NCBI RefSeq assembly: GCF_018350175.1
Contig: NC_058368.1
Span: 104,286,001-104,350,000 of the forward strand
DNA: 64,000 nucleotides
Direction of reading: 5' to 3'
Source of the DNA: Felis catus
Taxonomy: Eukaryota
Both the position numbers and the translations under genes were made by a program. The notes below the pieces were generated by a model that had not been told where the DNA came from, did no database searches, and saw only the letters and a list, made by a program, of their open reading frames with translations. Numbering within the stretch: position 1 is the stretch's first letter; each line of letters starts with the position of its first letter. This document shows positions 51,224-63,905 of the stretch, piece after piece.

Positions 51224-52029
51224 AGACGTTTAAATTTCAGTAAGACCACTCATAGTACAGAGTACATGATGACAACCAGATCTGGCTATGTCCAAGTTAA
51301 GGATTTCTGTTTAACAAAGTATATATAGCACAGGCAAAGTTAAGAGAGAGTTGAACAAATGACAAATGGAAGCACATTGAACTGACTAGGGAAAATATAA
51401 AGGGGAAGATCACCAACCTGGTAGGCAAAATTAAAAGTGTGCATTTGCACATATACAAGCAATGAGACACAGGTTTGTATGGTCAGATTGGCCCCAAAGT
51501 AAAGACTAGCTAGCAGAGAAATTGCAAAACTCAGCTGCTACAGGGTAGTGTCTTAAGTGGTGTATTCCTTCTGGAGAACAATTCAAACATAGTGAAATTA
51601 ACCATGTCAGTGTCCTAGAACCTGGCATTCCCATGCATGCATACCAGTCCAGAGGAATCTTCCAGCAGGACTGGAAGGAGATGACTACCCGGGTGTCTGT
51701 TTCAGGGCCCTGTTGGCTGGGTCAGGGAGTTGGTGGTAGCACAAAGGGAATAGAAACATGAAATGGAATCCCAAGCAACCATTAGAAACAGTGACCTAGG
51801 CACACATGAAGCAACACAGATCTTAAGAACATAGTGTTAAGTGGGGAGTGGGGTGGGTAAAGAATGAGATTTATAGCATAATCACCTTTTTTGTAAATTA
51901 AGACATCTAGTACAAAGTTCTCTGCATATTTTGTTGACTGGATGCCTAAGGAAGGGAAGAGATGAGAGTGGAGACCAGGAATGAAAGGGAAACCACCATA
52001 AAATAGAAGCTGAGAGGCATCAAGGCATA

Positions 52030-52140
52030 GTGGTTGGCAACATGGACTCCAGAGTCCGGTTCTGAATCCCAGATCTGCCTCTTACTAGCTCTGTTACCTT
52101 GGGCAAGTAACTAAATTCCCAGGTTAAGCTTCTGCCTCTG
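52030..52140 (+). mobile_element. MIR relic
   Basis: ctgaatcccagatctgcctcttactagctctgttaccttgggcaagtaactaaat. Confidence 0.7.
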
Positions 52141-52159
52141 TTCTAAGGGTCTGGTAGTG

Positions 52160-52550
52160 GATGTGCAAAGATGCAAAGACAGCCCCAAATGATTCTGCCC
52201 CTCCTGTCAGCAGGCAGGGCTTGTCACTGCTTTGACCGGTAGAATTCAAGGGGGGGGACAGCTCCAGGACTTCCAAGCCCAGGCCTTATGCAGGACAGAA
52301 GCTTCTTCCCTCTTAGAGCCCTGAGCTGCCATGGAAAGAGAGGGGCCTTTGAAGTTGAGATGCCAGGTGAAGAGGCAAGGCCACACATGGAAGGAGCACC
52401 TGGACCATCTGACTGAGACATCCAAGTGCACAGAAGGGGCGCCGCCCACAGACCGCCTGGCTGAGCCCTAGCCAACCCATGGAATGGTGAAATGCAATGA
52501 AATAGTGGTCTTAGAGCGCTGAATTTTGGTGTGGTTTGTTAGGCACAAAG
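52160..52550 (+). mobile_element. MLT1-type (MaLR) solo LTR relic
   Basis: aaagacagccccaaatgattctgcccctcctg...ctggctgagccctagccaacccatggaat...gctgaattttggtgtggtttgttaggca. Confidence 0.65.
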
Positions 52551-53339
52551 AGTTTGGCTCTAGGTACATACTTGTAGAATAAAACAGAAGAAGGACCCGT
52601 CTAGGCTGATGGTGACAGAAGTTGTCAGGGACTAAACGTATGATTAACTCAGGTCTTTGCATCTGGCCTTCACAAATATGATAAAATAAAACGTTGGATA
52701 GGGTTCATGTATTCATTTCCTTAATACGGTAACTGTGGATGGTGTAGGTGAAAAGTGTGTCTGAAAAGGAGTTTCTCAAAAGAAGCAGGGCTCCGAAGCT
52801 GATCTGGTGTTGTCTTTGTGCACAAAATTCAGAGTCTCTGCGAAGGCACTAGATGTATGAGCTCAGTGACTCATGAGTTCCTCATTTCTGGGAACACAGA
52901 CAACTGATAGACTATATTTGTTTTCCTCTGTAGCACTAGATCCAGAACTAGCAAAAAAAAAAAAAATTTTTTTTTTCATCTGTGATGAATTCTCAATTAG
53001 CCATAGTCTCCAGTGTCAGGAAATGCAAGGGTAACTGAAATCTACACATGATTCAAAGATCTCAATCAAGTCAGTAATTTCAGCCTCCAGAAGGGTCTCT
53101 TAGTTTTTATTCCAGGCACAGTGTGCTCAGTAAATATCTCTTGATCATTTAAAAGCAATCCCTCTTCTTTTTGAAAAGGATTTTTAAACTATTTGTTTAT
53201 GGTCCTTCAAATCATTTATTAAAGTCGTTTGGCAAAACCCAAGCTAGGGCAGAATAACCCACACATCAGCCACAGTGAGTGGACTGAAGGGGGCAGAAGG
53301 GGTATTGCCATTCATTCATCAACTATTGGGAGCTAAGCC

Positions 53340-53500
53340 CTACCAATCTCACAAGGATTGTCTGAGGTAGGTATTGCCCCATTTTACAGAGGCAAAAAAC
53401 TGAGGCGCAGGTAGGTGGGGTCACTTGTTCAGTCAGTAGCAGGGACACAGTAGAGCCAGGCTCAATGTTAGGTTGCCTGATTCAGGGCTGGTTCTCTCCC
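53340..53500 (-). mobile_element. MIR relic
   Basis: tgaggtaggtattgccccattttacagaggcaaaaaactgaggcgcag. Confidence 0.7.
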
Positions 53501-54322
53501 ACTCTATCGACCTGGGAAGCAGAGAGTTGGAATCACCCCACAACAACTAATCAACAAGGGAAAAGAGCCAATCCCTCGACACTGAGAACTCCAAATCCCA
53601 GGCACTAGATGCCGGTAGAATATACCGGCCCGTGCATTTTTGCAGAACTGACCCATTTTGCAGAGAGCATGCATTTGCCCAAGCATGGCCTTGGAGTACA
53701 CATTTCTTGTGACTCCAGCCTCCACAGTCCCAGGTCTCTCGCGGCAGCCTGGCAGACCATAGACCCTCCACGTGCTTGGCCAGGAGGGATGGCATCCAGC
53801 CAGGTGCATCCATGTCCCGACATCTGGTCCAGAAATAATCCTGAACTCTGTACTTACCCACAAGTCCACCTCCTGTCCCATTCATGGCTTCGGAATCACC
53901 ACCTGCATCTCTCATCCAGCTTTAGGTCTTAGAGCTGTGTGGCTGACTTCGGGTAGCTTCTGGGAACATTATAAATCAAGGAGGAAAGGAAGAATGTGCC
54001 AATTTCCTTTCCCAGGTATCTTTTGTCCTCAGATTCTTTCCGCCTTGGGATTCTCCCTGGTGAGAAAGACTGAAGACGAAGTGTTTGCCTGGGATGAAAG
54101 TGGAGCCTCCAGCTGGCCAGTGGCCCAAGTGCAGGTCAGCAGGCTGCTTTTTCTCTTTCCTTTTCTCCGTGGCTCCTCTACGCCCTCAGATGAGTCACTT
54201 TCACTAAAGATGAAGTAACTGTGGCTTCAGTCCAGCTGTAAGTGATAGTCCATGGCACTGTGGCACAGGAAAGGGAGACCAGGCCACGGAAGACAAATAC
54301 AAGTAACTTCTAAGTCATGTCA

Positions 54323-54328
54323 TTTATT
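54323..54328 (-). terminator. MARCHF3 distal poly(A) signal candidate
   Basis: TTTATT on +; downstream minus-strand sequence gaagttacttgtatttgtcttcc is GT-rich. Confidence 0.6.
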
Positions 54329-54446
54329 TTTTCCCTCCATTGGATTTTCTAGCTCGTCTGAGCTTCTGCTCAGTAGTCTGAGCTGTAGAATTTGTGTGAA
54401 CCTTCCGTGTGCTCTGTATTCCCCAGATGTGAACATGCAGAAGCAT

Positions 54447-54448
<2 letters not shown>

Positions 54449-54492
<44 letters not shown>
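54449..54492. repeat. (AC)22 microsatellite in the putative MARCHF3 3' UTR
   Basis: Direct reading. Confidence 0.97.
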
Positions 54493-54494
<2 letters not shown>

Positions 54495-56549
54495 GGGGCA
54501 GGCAAGAATGCACTGGATTTGTCTCCGCTGCCCCTTTCCCCTCTGGCTTCACTGTGACACACATTTGTCTCTACCCTATATCCTTAAGACATAAGGTTAG
54601 GACAGGGTACAGCAAAGAGGGAGAAGAGAGGGCTGTTGAAGAAGTTGAAGGAAGGGAAGCTGTGAATCCCCAGGATCCTTTACTTGCCCCTCCTCATTCT
54701 TCACCCTGCTTCATTCTTGACTTTTCAAAAAGAAAGAATCAAAGCAAGAGGTCAAGGCTGGCAGTGACCAGTGCAGCACCTCTGCACCCCTTCTTCCAGG
54801 CAGGTGCAACTTGGCTTGGTGACAGACACAGAGCCTGGACGGCAGTCCCCACCTGTCCCCGGCCTCTTGGCTGGTGCCTTGTGCACGTGCTGCAGTTCCT
54901 TATGCTCTCTAACCTTGAATGATGTCATAAAGGGCCAAGAGTGGATCAAGAACTTTGAGGATCTCAGATGGGTGCTGGGCTGCTAGAGCTCAGGGTCTCT
55001 CTCCTGAGGAGGACCCAAGCTGCTGGCCCAGGAAGCAAGGCACTGATGCTACTCTGGGCTCCCAGGAGTGTCCTGCCCACCACCCTGCAAGCAATCTACT
55101 CCTTGCATTTGGACTCGGCACAGACCCAGTACCAACGTGCCAACCTTCCCAGTGCAGGGGCCTCAGCGAACTGCTGGGCACCTGTCTGCCTTTGATATTT
55201 TGAGTCAATGTATCTCATCTCATGAACCAAGATGGCAGGGACTCCCTGCAGCCAACCTCAACAGGAAATGATCCCAGGAGTCTCTCACTTCCTTAATTCA
55301 CGGAAGGAGCCGGGAGGAGAAGGGGGCTGGTCCTCTCATGACTGCTTGTGCCATTCAACTGAGAGGTGTCGCTGGTTAACCTGACAGCTCAGGGACCAGG
55401 GCTGGGTGGATGTTATTTATCCAATCTATTACAGGGCTGTAGTTCACAAGCTACCAAGTTGGACTCTTGGCTCTGGAAATTTAATGTGTGACAGCTGCAT
55501 GCAGCCAGTGGTGTCCAGCATTTTAAAAAGGTCAATTAAGAAACGGTTGATGGCGGTGCAGCTAATGACAGCCTGGAGGGGTGAGCAGGGCCGAACAAAC
55601 AGAAGGGCTGAGGCGTAGATTACTGGAACGGAGTGTCGAAGGGGAGCGTGGTGGGGAGGAAATCTATTGTCATCAGCCATAAAGCACATCTGAGTTTTGC
55701 AGCAGAGAGCGGTACAGCTGTTTCCCTCCCCAGGCAGCTCGGGGAGCAGTCTGTGAACGGGAGGGGGGGTGCTCGGCAGACAAAGGTGACACCTGCATCC
55801 GCTTGATCGATCTGCACACAAAAATCATTCCCCTCCTGGCCGCCTGTTCCTTTGCACTTTTCCGCTCTCCCACTTGGGGAGCATAAGGCAGAAGCTGGAG
55901 CGATATTCAGAATGTGGGTCATGTTCTAGAAATCTATATTTTAAGCATTCCCCAACGCTGGGCTCCGCCTTCTCCTCCTGGGCGTGTGGGTAGGCGGCAG
56001 GCAGGCGGATGGGGGAGCCAGCGCCAGCAAGGGCTTTCCTCAGACGACACATGTGCCCCGTGGTTTCAGTGGCTACAAATGCAGGGTGCAGTTTAGAGCC
56101 TTTACACAGTGGTGGGTAAAACAGGGACAGGGAAGTCCTTAGCAAAGGTCTGTTTCAGCCTGTGACTGCATTGGCTCATGGTTGGGGGAAGGCACTGTGT
56201 GGGATGCGTTTTTTAAAGAAATCAGACAAAGGGACCATAGGCTGCTAGGACAGGTTTTTTGCCACATCTACCTGTTAAGCTAGAAATTCAATAGAGCAAT
56301 GGGAATGCTAATTGATATGCAAAACAGGTCCAGGGTTCCTAGAAATGTCTAATGATCCACCAGTTCCTTGTGAAGGCAGAATTAAGACATGCACTAAACG
56401 AGATGGGAGTAAGAACACCAACCTTTTTGCTTGTCTTTTTTTTTTTTTTTTCTTTTCTTTTTAAAACCTACTTTGGGGAAACTTCACAGGTTTTATAATT
56501 AAAAAAAGAATGTTGCAATCAGCGGGGTTTGTCTTTCACACACTGGATA

Positions 56550-56555
56550 TTTATT
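56550..56555 (-). terminator. MARCHF3 proximal poly(A) signal candidate
   Basis: TTTATT on + (AATAAA on -), ~760 nt after the stop, with a T-rich element downstream on the minus strand. Confidence 0.55.
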
Positions 56556-57314
56556 ATTAGAAAATAGCTTTTATCAGCTGGCAGTATCAAACAATTCGAA
56601 AGGAGCCTGCTTCTCGCCGTAATTTTCTTTCCCTCCTTAATGAAATTTAAATAAACAGTTCACTGTAGGGAGAGTTGCCACACCTTTTTTCCCCTTTAAA
56701 AACGGAATAAATGAAGTTTAGTACAAAACATCCTCCAAATAGGCCTTGTTCTGTAGCCATTACGCTGTCCCCTTGAGTGAGAGAGAAGAAGGCAATGAAA
56801 AAGACCACTCAAGTTATCAAATTACCCCCAAAGAATCTACAGTAGAAACTGGGAAACGCATAAACTAACCCAAACCAAACTCATCCAAACCAAGAAACCA
56901 GTTGTAACGTTGGCTTTTTCGACTGTAATTATCATCTGACTTTAATATATATACTTATATATATATATATATATTTGAAATAGTAATAAAAAAGGAAGCA
57001 TTGAATTGCATCTTTAGCAGGACAACCTTCCTCATATGTTAAAGAGGTGTTCAGAAAATCCCACATAGTATCTGCTAAATAAGCATGTTTGGCAGCTGAG
57101 CAAGTATCACGGGATTGCAGCATCCATGATTTGAAGTCAAACAGCATCTGCTCTCTTCCGGCCGAGTCCGTTGCTGGGGCGATGTGCTCACAAGGCTCAG
57201 GGTGTTCTGAGACCCACGGCTTAAGGAGGGGTTCGGGAGTGGCTCAGTGCATGGCCCCCGTGCGGAGACTTCCAAAACCCCAAACAACGAGCCAACCGAC
57301 CAACCACACAAGCC

Positions 57315-57473
57315 TCAAACAATGGTCTCCTTAGAGTTCCTCTTGACAGAATGGGGGCCCAGCAGGGACTGCTGGTTAGAAGGTACGCTGACAGACTTTG
57401 GAATGAGGAGAATCACTCTCTGATTGGTCCGACGCCATTCGTTGTACAATCGACAGTGGTATCGAAATGACAC
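57315..57473 (-). CDS. MARCHF3: MARCHF3 last coding exon with C-terminal class I PDZ-binding motif (ETIV)
   Basis: Minus strand accccag|GTG...GTT TGA; VSFRYHCRLYNEWRRTNQRVILLIPKSVSVPSNQQSLLGPHSVKRNSKETIV*; in phase with the upstream exon; absent from the ORF track. Confidence 0.97.
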   Translation of the reverse strand: MSFRYHCRLYNEWRRTNQRVILLIPKSVSVPSNQQSLLGPHSVKRNSKETIV

Positions 57474-58199
57474 CTGGGGTCAGGAGAGGAAAAAATAAGG
57501 GAAGGTTTCAGGTAAGCAGAAGCCGAGAATCAAACCAAGGAACAGAGAACGTCGTTTACAAAAACAGCTCTGAACAGCTGGCGGTGGTACAGCGGGGCGG
57601 GCCGCATGGGCAAAACGGCTCTTGCAAGTGGCTGAGGGTTGGGAGGTTGGGACCAACCAGAGAACACCCATGTGTGGGCACACGCAGGGCTCCCAGGGTG
57701 GCTTCCTCCATTCCCCATAATACTGGATAAAATTAGGATATGAAGAGGAAATGAGGTTCCTTTGGAGTCTGGATTTAGTTTTGGGGTAGTAGTGTTTGGG
57801 CCCCAAAGCGTCAGTTGTGAAGCAAGTTAGCCACAAGCAGTTGGGCAGAGTGGGTATAGTGCTAGCCCTCCCCGAGGTGTGGGATATGGCAATGTGTCTT
57901 TCTGGTCTTCAGGTTAAATGAGAGGGATGCTCATGTATCCTCCTGCAGGTTGGACTCTGCACAGTTCAATATTCAGACTAGCAAATGTACCCTTCGAATT
58001 GTGCCATGCACAACCTGTACAACTGTACTAGCTGGCCCTGATGGGTGAACTCCAACTGCTTGTAGCTACGGTGTTCTATGGCTTCCAGTGGGGATGCTTT
58101 GGCATGGGCGCCAGGTCCCTTGATAAATTCTTCTTGAGCCAGAGCCTGGGGTAGGTTCAACTTCCGTGGGCATCTGCAATGCCTTGTGCCTACCTCAGC

Positions 58200-58365
58200 A
58201 TTGCATCGAGTGCTCTGTACCTTAGTGTATTTGTTTCTCTGTCTCCCTGCTCCAGAAGCATCTTGAGAGCATGGTTTCAGTTGTGTTCGCCTGTGTAAGC
58301 CTAGCACCTAGCACGCGCCTGGCACTTAGGAAGTTGCTCAGTAGAGTTTGCTGAGTGAATAAATA
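58200..58365 (+). mobile_element. L2 3' end relic
   Basis: cctagcacctagcacgcgcctggcacttaggaagttgctcagtagagtttgctgagtgaataaat. Confidence 0.7.
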
Positions 58366-59256
58366 TCCTATGCTTTCTGATTGCACCACTGCTTCAGATT
58401 CAAGCCTCTCTTATAGAATACACAACATTATAAGCAGTCAACTGATGGCCAATTGTGGCATAACTCCGCCGAAAAGTACTTGCTTCCCATGTAAATACAC
58501 TGGAATGAGACACATCTGTGGTTTGTTTTGGAGAAGGCTAGCTTACAGCATTGATGGACTGCCCAGGCAGTTCAGAGTCTGTACTTTTGAAGATGCATAA
58601 ACTGTCTTTAACACTGGGGGTAGGTTCCAGTTTGGGAGCATCCAGATGACGAGGTAGGTGCTGGGAAGGAAGATGCCCGTGAGCTTAGGCTGACAAATGA
58701 CCCGGTATGGGCTGTTTAATAATCTGGGGTGGGCGGTTTGGGATGATCCCGGCACAGGATCTATGGTAATCAGAGGGCTGACCTATGGTTGGACCTCAGT
58801 GTTTCTCAAGCAGAGGAGAGCACAGGCCCTTGATCAGAAAGGGCTTACCAGTCGTCTGGCAGGATCATGAAATTCACGGCCGCTAGCTCAAATTTCTGAG
58901 GCTAGAAAGCAGATGCCACAGGCTGAGTGCCAGTGAGATTTGGATACGAAAATATAAGCTTCTCAACTCACACAGATGTGCTTTTCTCCAAAAGGCCCTG
59001 AACATGCCAAAGTGGATCAGGTTTTTTTTTTTTTTTCCTTAAGCTTGATTCTCATGTATCTATTCTGTCCTGCTGCTGCTTGGTGCTACTCATGAATGTG
59101 AGAGAGGTAGGCTGGAAAGCCCGCTGCTCGGGGCTAAGAGCAGGGACAGAGGAGAATGCAGACAAGTACTTAACAAAGAGCTTTGGCAGTCCTGGAAGTC
59201 GGGAATCTGGAAATACTATAGCAAAGCTGGGTTTCCAATCAAGAGACCTTTCTTCT

Positions 59257-59585
59257 GGGGGTGCCTGGGTGGCTCAGTCTGCTGTGTGTCCTACTAGTGA
59301 TTTTCGCTCGGGTCATGATCTCACGGTTTGTGAGTCTGACGTCGGGGTGGGAGCAGGTAGGGGGGCAGTGGGATCTCTCTCCCTCTCTGCCCCTCCCCCG
59401 CTCATTCTCGCATGCACACTCACCCTCGCGCTCTCTCTCTCTCTCAAAATAAATAAACAAAAAAGAGACCCGAGGTGCCTGGGTGGCTCAGTCGGTTAAA
59501 CATCCGAGTCTTGGTTTCGACCCATGGGTTCGTGAGTTCAAGCCCCATGTTGGGCTCTGTGCTGATGGCAGGGAGCCTGCTTGGG

Positions 59586-59634
<49 letters not shown>

Positions 59635-59706
59635 TTCTCTCTCTGTTCCTCCCCTGCTTATGCTGTCCCTGTCTCTCTCAAAAATAAATAAACTTAAAAA
59701 ACAAAA
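59257..59706 (+). mobile_element. Two tandem Can-SINEs (heads at 59257 and ~59473)
   Basis: Two heads; aagagacc recurs at the junctions; long (CT)n in the second copy. Confidence 0.92.
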
Positions 59707-59799
59707 GAGACCCTTCTGTATGTTAAAGAGCCGTGCATGCTGGACCTCAGTAAGCAGAGAAATAGCTGTGGGCGTCTGCAGATAGCTCCTTTTCTGATG

Positions 59800-60000
59800 C
59801 TGGGAGCAGACCCTGGGCTCTCGGGCCAGGCACCCCAGGCTTGAATCCCATCCTCTGCCTAGCGGCTCCACATTTGGGAGGGTTGCTTACCATCCCCAAG
59901 CTTGAGTTTCCTCAGCTGCAAAATGTGAATGGTGGTATCTCAGAGTGCACAGAAAGCACTTAGCACAGTGCCTCACGTGCGCTAGTGTTCTCGGCCTGTT
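59800..60000 (+). mobile_element. MIR relic
   Basis: caggcttgaatcccatcctctgcc...gagtttcctcagctgcaaaatgtgaatg...aaagcacttagcacagtgcct. Confidence 0.65.
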
Positions 60001-60099
60001 ATTTTTGATGTGTTAAATATGGAAAGGAAGACGGTTTTGTGACGCTCCTTCTTAGACACAGGGGAACTGGGGGAAAAAGAGAAAAACAGGGCTGTTTCC

Positions 60100-60260
60100 C
60101 TTGCTCTCAATGTGGCGGGGGGTCAGCAGCAGGTTGCATCACCTGGGAGCTTGTTAGAACATCAGAATTTTGGGTTCCACCCAGACCTAAGGAATCAGAG
60201 CGTGCATTTTAACAAGATCCCTAGGTGATTCACAGATACATTCCAGCCTGAGAAGCACTG
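60100..60260. mobile_element. MER5A-like hAT-Charlie relic
   Basis: gcatcacctgggagcttgttagaacatcagaattttggg...cccagacctaaggaatcaga...tgcattttaacaagatccctaggtgattc...tgagaagcactg. Confidence 0.8.
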
Positions 60261-60711
60261 CTTCAGGCGACCCAGGAGTCAACAACTTAGCAGTTCTCCT
60301 GGTGCCTTGGCCAGGAGGTACAAAAATCAGCCCGCTTGTTGAGACAAACGAATGAGATCTTATTATGCATTAATCTATCTTCATTGCCGTTAACCATCAC
60401 AGTCTGCAGGCAAATTCAATCAATAAGAAGAAAGCATCATATAAAGATGACTTCTTATCGGGGGACAGTAAAATAGATTGGGGCATGATGCAGACGGGGC
60501 CTTGGGTTTGCGCTTGCCCTGGGTTCATGCTGAGCCTGGACCAAGAGCTCCAAGACGCCCCCTCCCTGCAGTGGGGCAGAATAGGAAGAAGGGAGGTTTG
60601 CTTTAGAGAAAAAAAACAGGCAGTGACGGAAAAATAAACAACACAAACCAAAAAGAAGCTGTGGCAACTGTAACATTAGGAACTTCGTTTAGATATTTCT
60701 TAAATGTGTGA

Positions 60712-60870
60712 GTTTTTAATTTTTTATTTTGAGAGAGAGAAAATCCCAAGCAGGCTCTGCCCTGTCAGCATGGAGCCTGACTGGGGGCTCCATCCCATGA
60801 ACTGCGAGATCATAACCTGAGCCTACATCGTAAGTCGGATGCTTAACCAACTGAGCCACCCAGGCGGCCC
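60712..60870 (-). mobile_element. Can-SINE
   Basis: Degenerate TSD aaatgtgtgagtttttaa / aaatgtctgaggttttaa. Confidence 0.88.
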
Positions 60871-63657
60871 AAATGTCTGAGGTTTTAAGGGGAAAGGAGG
60901 AAGCAAGAGCACAGGGCCACTATTCTAAAAATACTGTTCCTTTTGGGGTGGGTTTCTTAAGGTGTATTCATTTCTTTGTCCAAAGGGTATTTATTAACCT
61001 GTTGTGGACCAGATCCTGCGAAGCGCTGTGGTCACAGACTGGGCAAGGAGGGCTAGAATACATCAGCATCCACCTCTCCCTGTCAGAGAGGGGACAGGCT
61101 GTTACCTAAGGTCTACTGTAACGTCACGGCAGGGTTTGGGAAATCTCGTTACGGATTTTTTATTCTGCCCTTTCTCTCCAGAGGTTTTGGCGTGATTGAG
61201 GCTTGCTGATGGGGCCAGGGCCTTGTAAGTCACCTTCCCAGAAACGGACTGCCGCTCCCTGAACTCTGGCTGTACCGCGGAGGTGGGCTGTGTGAGCAAA
61301 TGGGATGCGGAGCAGGACTGGGCACGGGGTCACATTCAACCCCCTCAGGCTACCGTAGGCTATTTGGGCTGCGGCTCAGCCAGCCGGCAGTGACCCTTGT
61401 TGGACAATGTCCTACAGAAGGTTTCCCCGTGTTATAAGGAGAATTCAAATGACTACCCCATCGGGCTGGGAGCAAGCCAGAGGAGACAGATCACTCATTC
61501 ATTCCATTCTGTGCCTTAACCGGTTTCTGTGCTGAGTGCTGGTTCCATCAGGGACGCGGTGAGCTGAGGGGCTTCCCCCGGGTCACAGCACCGCCCCCCC
61601 TGCCCCCCTGCTCCCCACCTCTCAACGGGAGCTAATTATAAGTGCCACCCTGGATGTCTTCCTAACGCTGAGCGTGGACTCAGCTCTCATCCGGCTTTTG
61701 ACTATGCATGGAGCTCAAGTGGTTTGTGATGTGGGCAGTGACGTTTCTGGGGCACCTCTCCCCGGGATCTCGGCGGAGATGGTTCGCGCCCTGGACTCCG
61801 GGGTCCCTGGTACGGGTTTCCGCACGGCAGGTTCCAGAAGGCCCAGCTCCCCTGAGTTGCGCCAGATCTGCGCACAGACTGCAGAGGCAGGCCGGCTGAG
61901 TCTGAGATGGTGGGGAGGCTGTGTGTCCCCCTTCGCTGCGCCCGCGAGGCCCTTTCAGGAAGGCTCCTCTGAGCAGCCGGGCTGGGACTGACACTGTGTT
62001 TGTTTACCTAAGACATTTTCACAGCATATTCTCCCGAAGCCTGACAGCTTGTTTACAATGGGTTTCTGCCGGAGGGCACTTTCCACGTGCTGTCAGCTCC
62101 TGACTTACGGCTCCTGCCAGGGCTGCTGGGTGCAGCATTTATCAGGGAGGGAGTTAGTCTAGATTCAGTAACTACTGTCGCGGGGCATCGCGGTTTCCGC
62201 ACCAGTCAAAGGGGAGAAAGCCTTTCTTTCCCTCCAAACGCTTTGCATCTTGTAGACGGCTGGGCATGCAGAGGAAGAAAGCCCCGTGCCTGTTCTGGGT
62301 GCTCTGATAAATGTTCCCGAAGTTTCCGCGCCTAATCATCACAGCAGCGGGACCCAGGGGCTGTCGCCTGCTCTTCCACCTTTTTGCATAAGGCTGGTCA
62401 GAGAGGTTAAGTACTCTGTTCAGAGTTACACAGCTATTAGGATGTAAATCTTGGGTCCAACCACAGGGCCTTTGGATTCTAAATGCATATGTGCTCTTAC
62501 CATGCAGCACTGCCTCTTGGAAACATTTCTGGAATAGAATATGTTCTCATTCTCCTGAAAGAGCCCTTGCTAGGTACCTTTCCCACCCAATCCCCTCTTT
62601 CATCTAAGATGGGTCGCATCTGCATTCCCCTAGGAAAACTTTTCCTTTCCTTTCCTTTCTTCCTCCTCCACCCTTCTTTTCCTCTTTCGTAGCGGGAGTG
62701 GGAGCTGGTGGGGCCGGGTTTGGAAGGCAGAGCAAAGGAGCAAGTGTGAGCAGGCGCTAGAAGCTTCCACATGCTGACACACTGTGCTACGGGATATGAG
62801 AGTGGTACACTCTGGACAGGAAATACATATTAAATATCAATGGAACGTGTTCAGATTAGAAATGAGCAGGCACAGGAGAGTAATGCCAGGAAGCAGGGGG
62901 CCTGGTTTCTGAAACTGTTGTAGAGGCTAGTGACGCTCTTCTCTGCGGGTCCCAGAGGGAAACATAAAGCGTGAGATCAATGCCGTGCCAACTGGTGCCC
63001 AAGCCATCAACTCACTTCATGAGTTCAGTGAACGGAAAGAACAGAGATGTTTAAGAATTCTTCCTCATGTACAGCAGGCACACTTATTGGGAACTGGTTT
63101 TCTTTGGTGGCGGCTTCTCAGCTAGATAAATGAGTGTTTTTATGGGCAGCAGAGTCAATATCCCGACACAGAGAATAATCATCAGGCAAAGTGCAGCCCC
63201 ACGTCCAACAAAGACTTGAGGCTGCGTCAGGAAGTAAGAAGAAAATAACCAGCAGGAGGATTCATGATGTGCGCAGGCAGTGACAGCAACGGTGGCCGAA
63301 TGCATCATTCATAATACACTACAATCCCAGCAAAAGTGAGGAACATAAACCAGAGAAAGGAAACGCCATGCCTCATAACGGATGGAGTCCTAGAACGCTG
63401 GAGGGGAGAAATGTCTGGGGTGTGTGTGTTTGACTGATGGGCTCTCAGAAGCTGGGGCTTTTTCTTTACTTGATCTGCTCTTCCCAGCAGCACACCTACG
63501 CGTACACACACACACACACGCACACACGTGGTAATAAATCGCATCAGACTCTCTCACCAGCACCTGCAGGTCTGTCTCCCACGGGGCAGATAGGACATGT
63601 GACGGACAAGAGGGAAGTCTGCGCCAGCCTTGGGGCAGCCAGCTCCAGCTGCTCTGA

Positions 63658-63675
63658 CCCCCCCCCCCCCCCCCC
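63658..63675 (-). repeat. C18 run (G18 on the MARCHF3 sense strand)
   Basis: Direct reading; begins 20 nt inside the intron after the splice donor. Confidence 0.95.
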
Positions 63676-63695
63676 GGACGGTGGGCCATACTTAC

Positions 63696-63905
63696 TAGTG
63701 TCCAAAAGAGGTAAATAGTGAAGAGTGCGACAGTGAGTGCAATCAGTCCGACGGCCTCCAGCCGACTGCTAAAGTGCAGGTGGTCCACAGCGCCCCGCAG
63801 GCAGAGCCAGCCCGAGATGGTGGCCAGTGGAGTTATGAACAAGAAGCACACCATGTCTCCAAACAGAGTCCGCTTCTCATGCTGGGGGCCTGGGTTTCTG
63901 AGCCA
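63696..63905 (-). CDS. MARCHF3: MARCHF3 penultimate coding exon, two transmembrane helices
   Basis: Minus strand ttttccccgccag|TGG...CTA|gtaagt; 210 bp; [70 protein letters not shown]. Confidence 0.97.

Larger units (their letters stand above)
48000..51900 (+). mobile_element. Highly decayed ancient L1M ORF2 / 3' fragments
   Basis: A-rich strand bias; ORF2-like pieces (ctcagaaactgacagatcaagca, caattccaatcaaaattcca, ctggatccctgtctcatatcctgcacagaggtaaactccagat). Confidence 0.6.
54305..57314 (-). other. MARCHF3: MARCHF3 3' UTR, long form (end approximate)
   Basis: About 3 kb of SINE-free sequence after the stop, ending at a minus-strand AATAAA (54323-54328) followed by a GT/T-rich tract. Confidence 0.65.
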
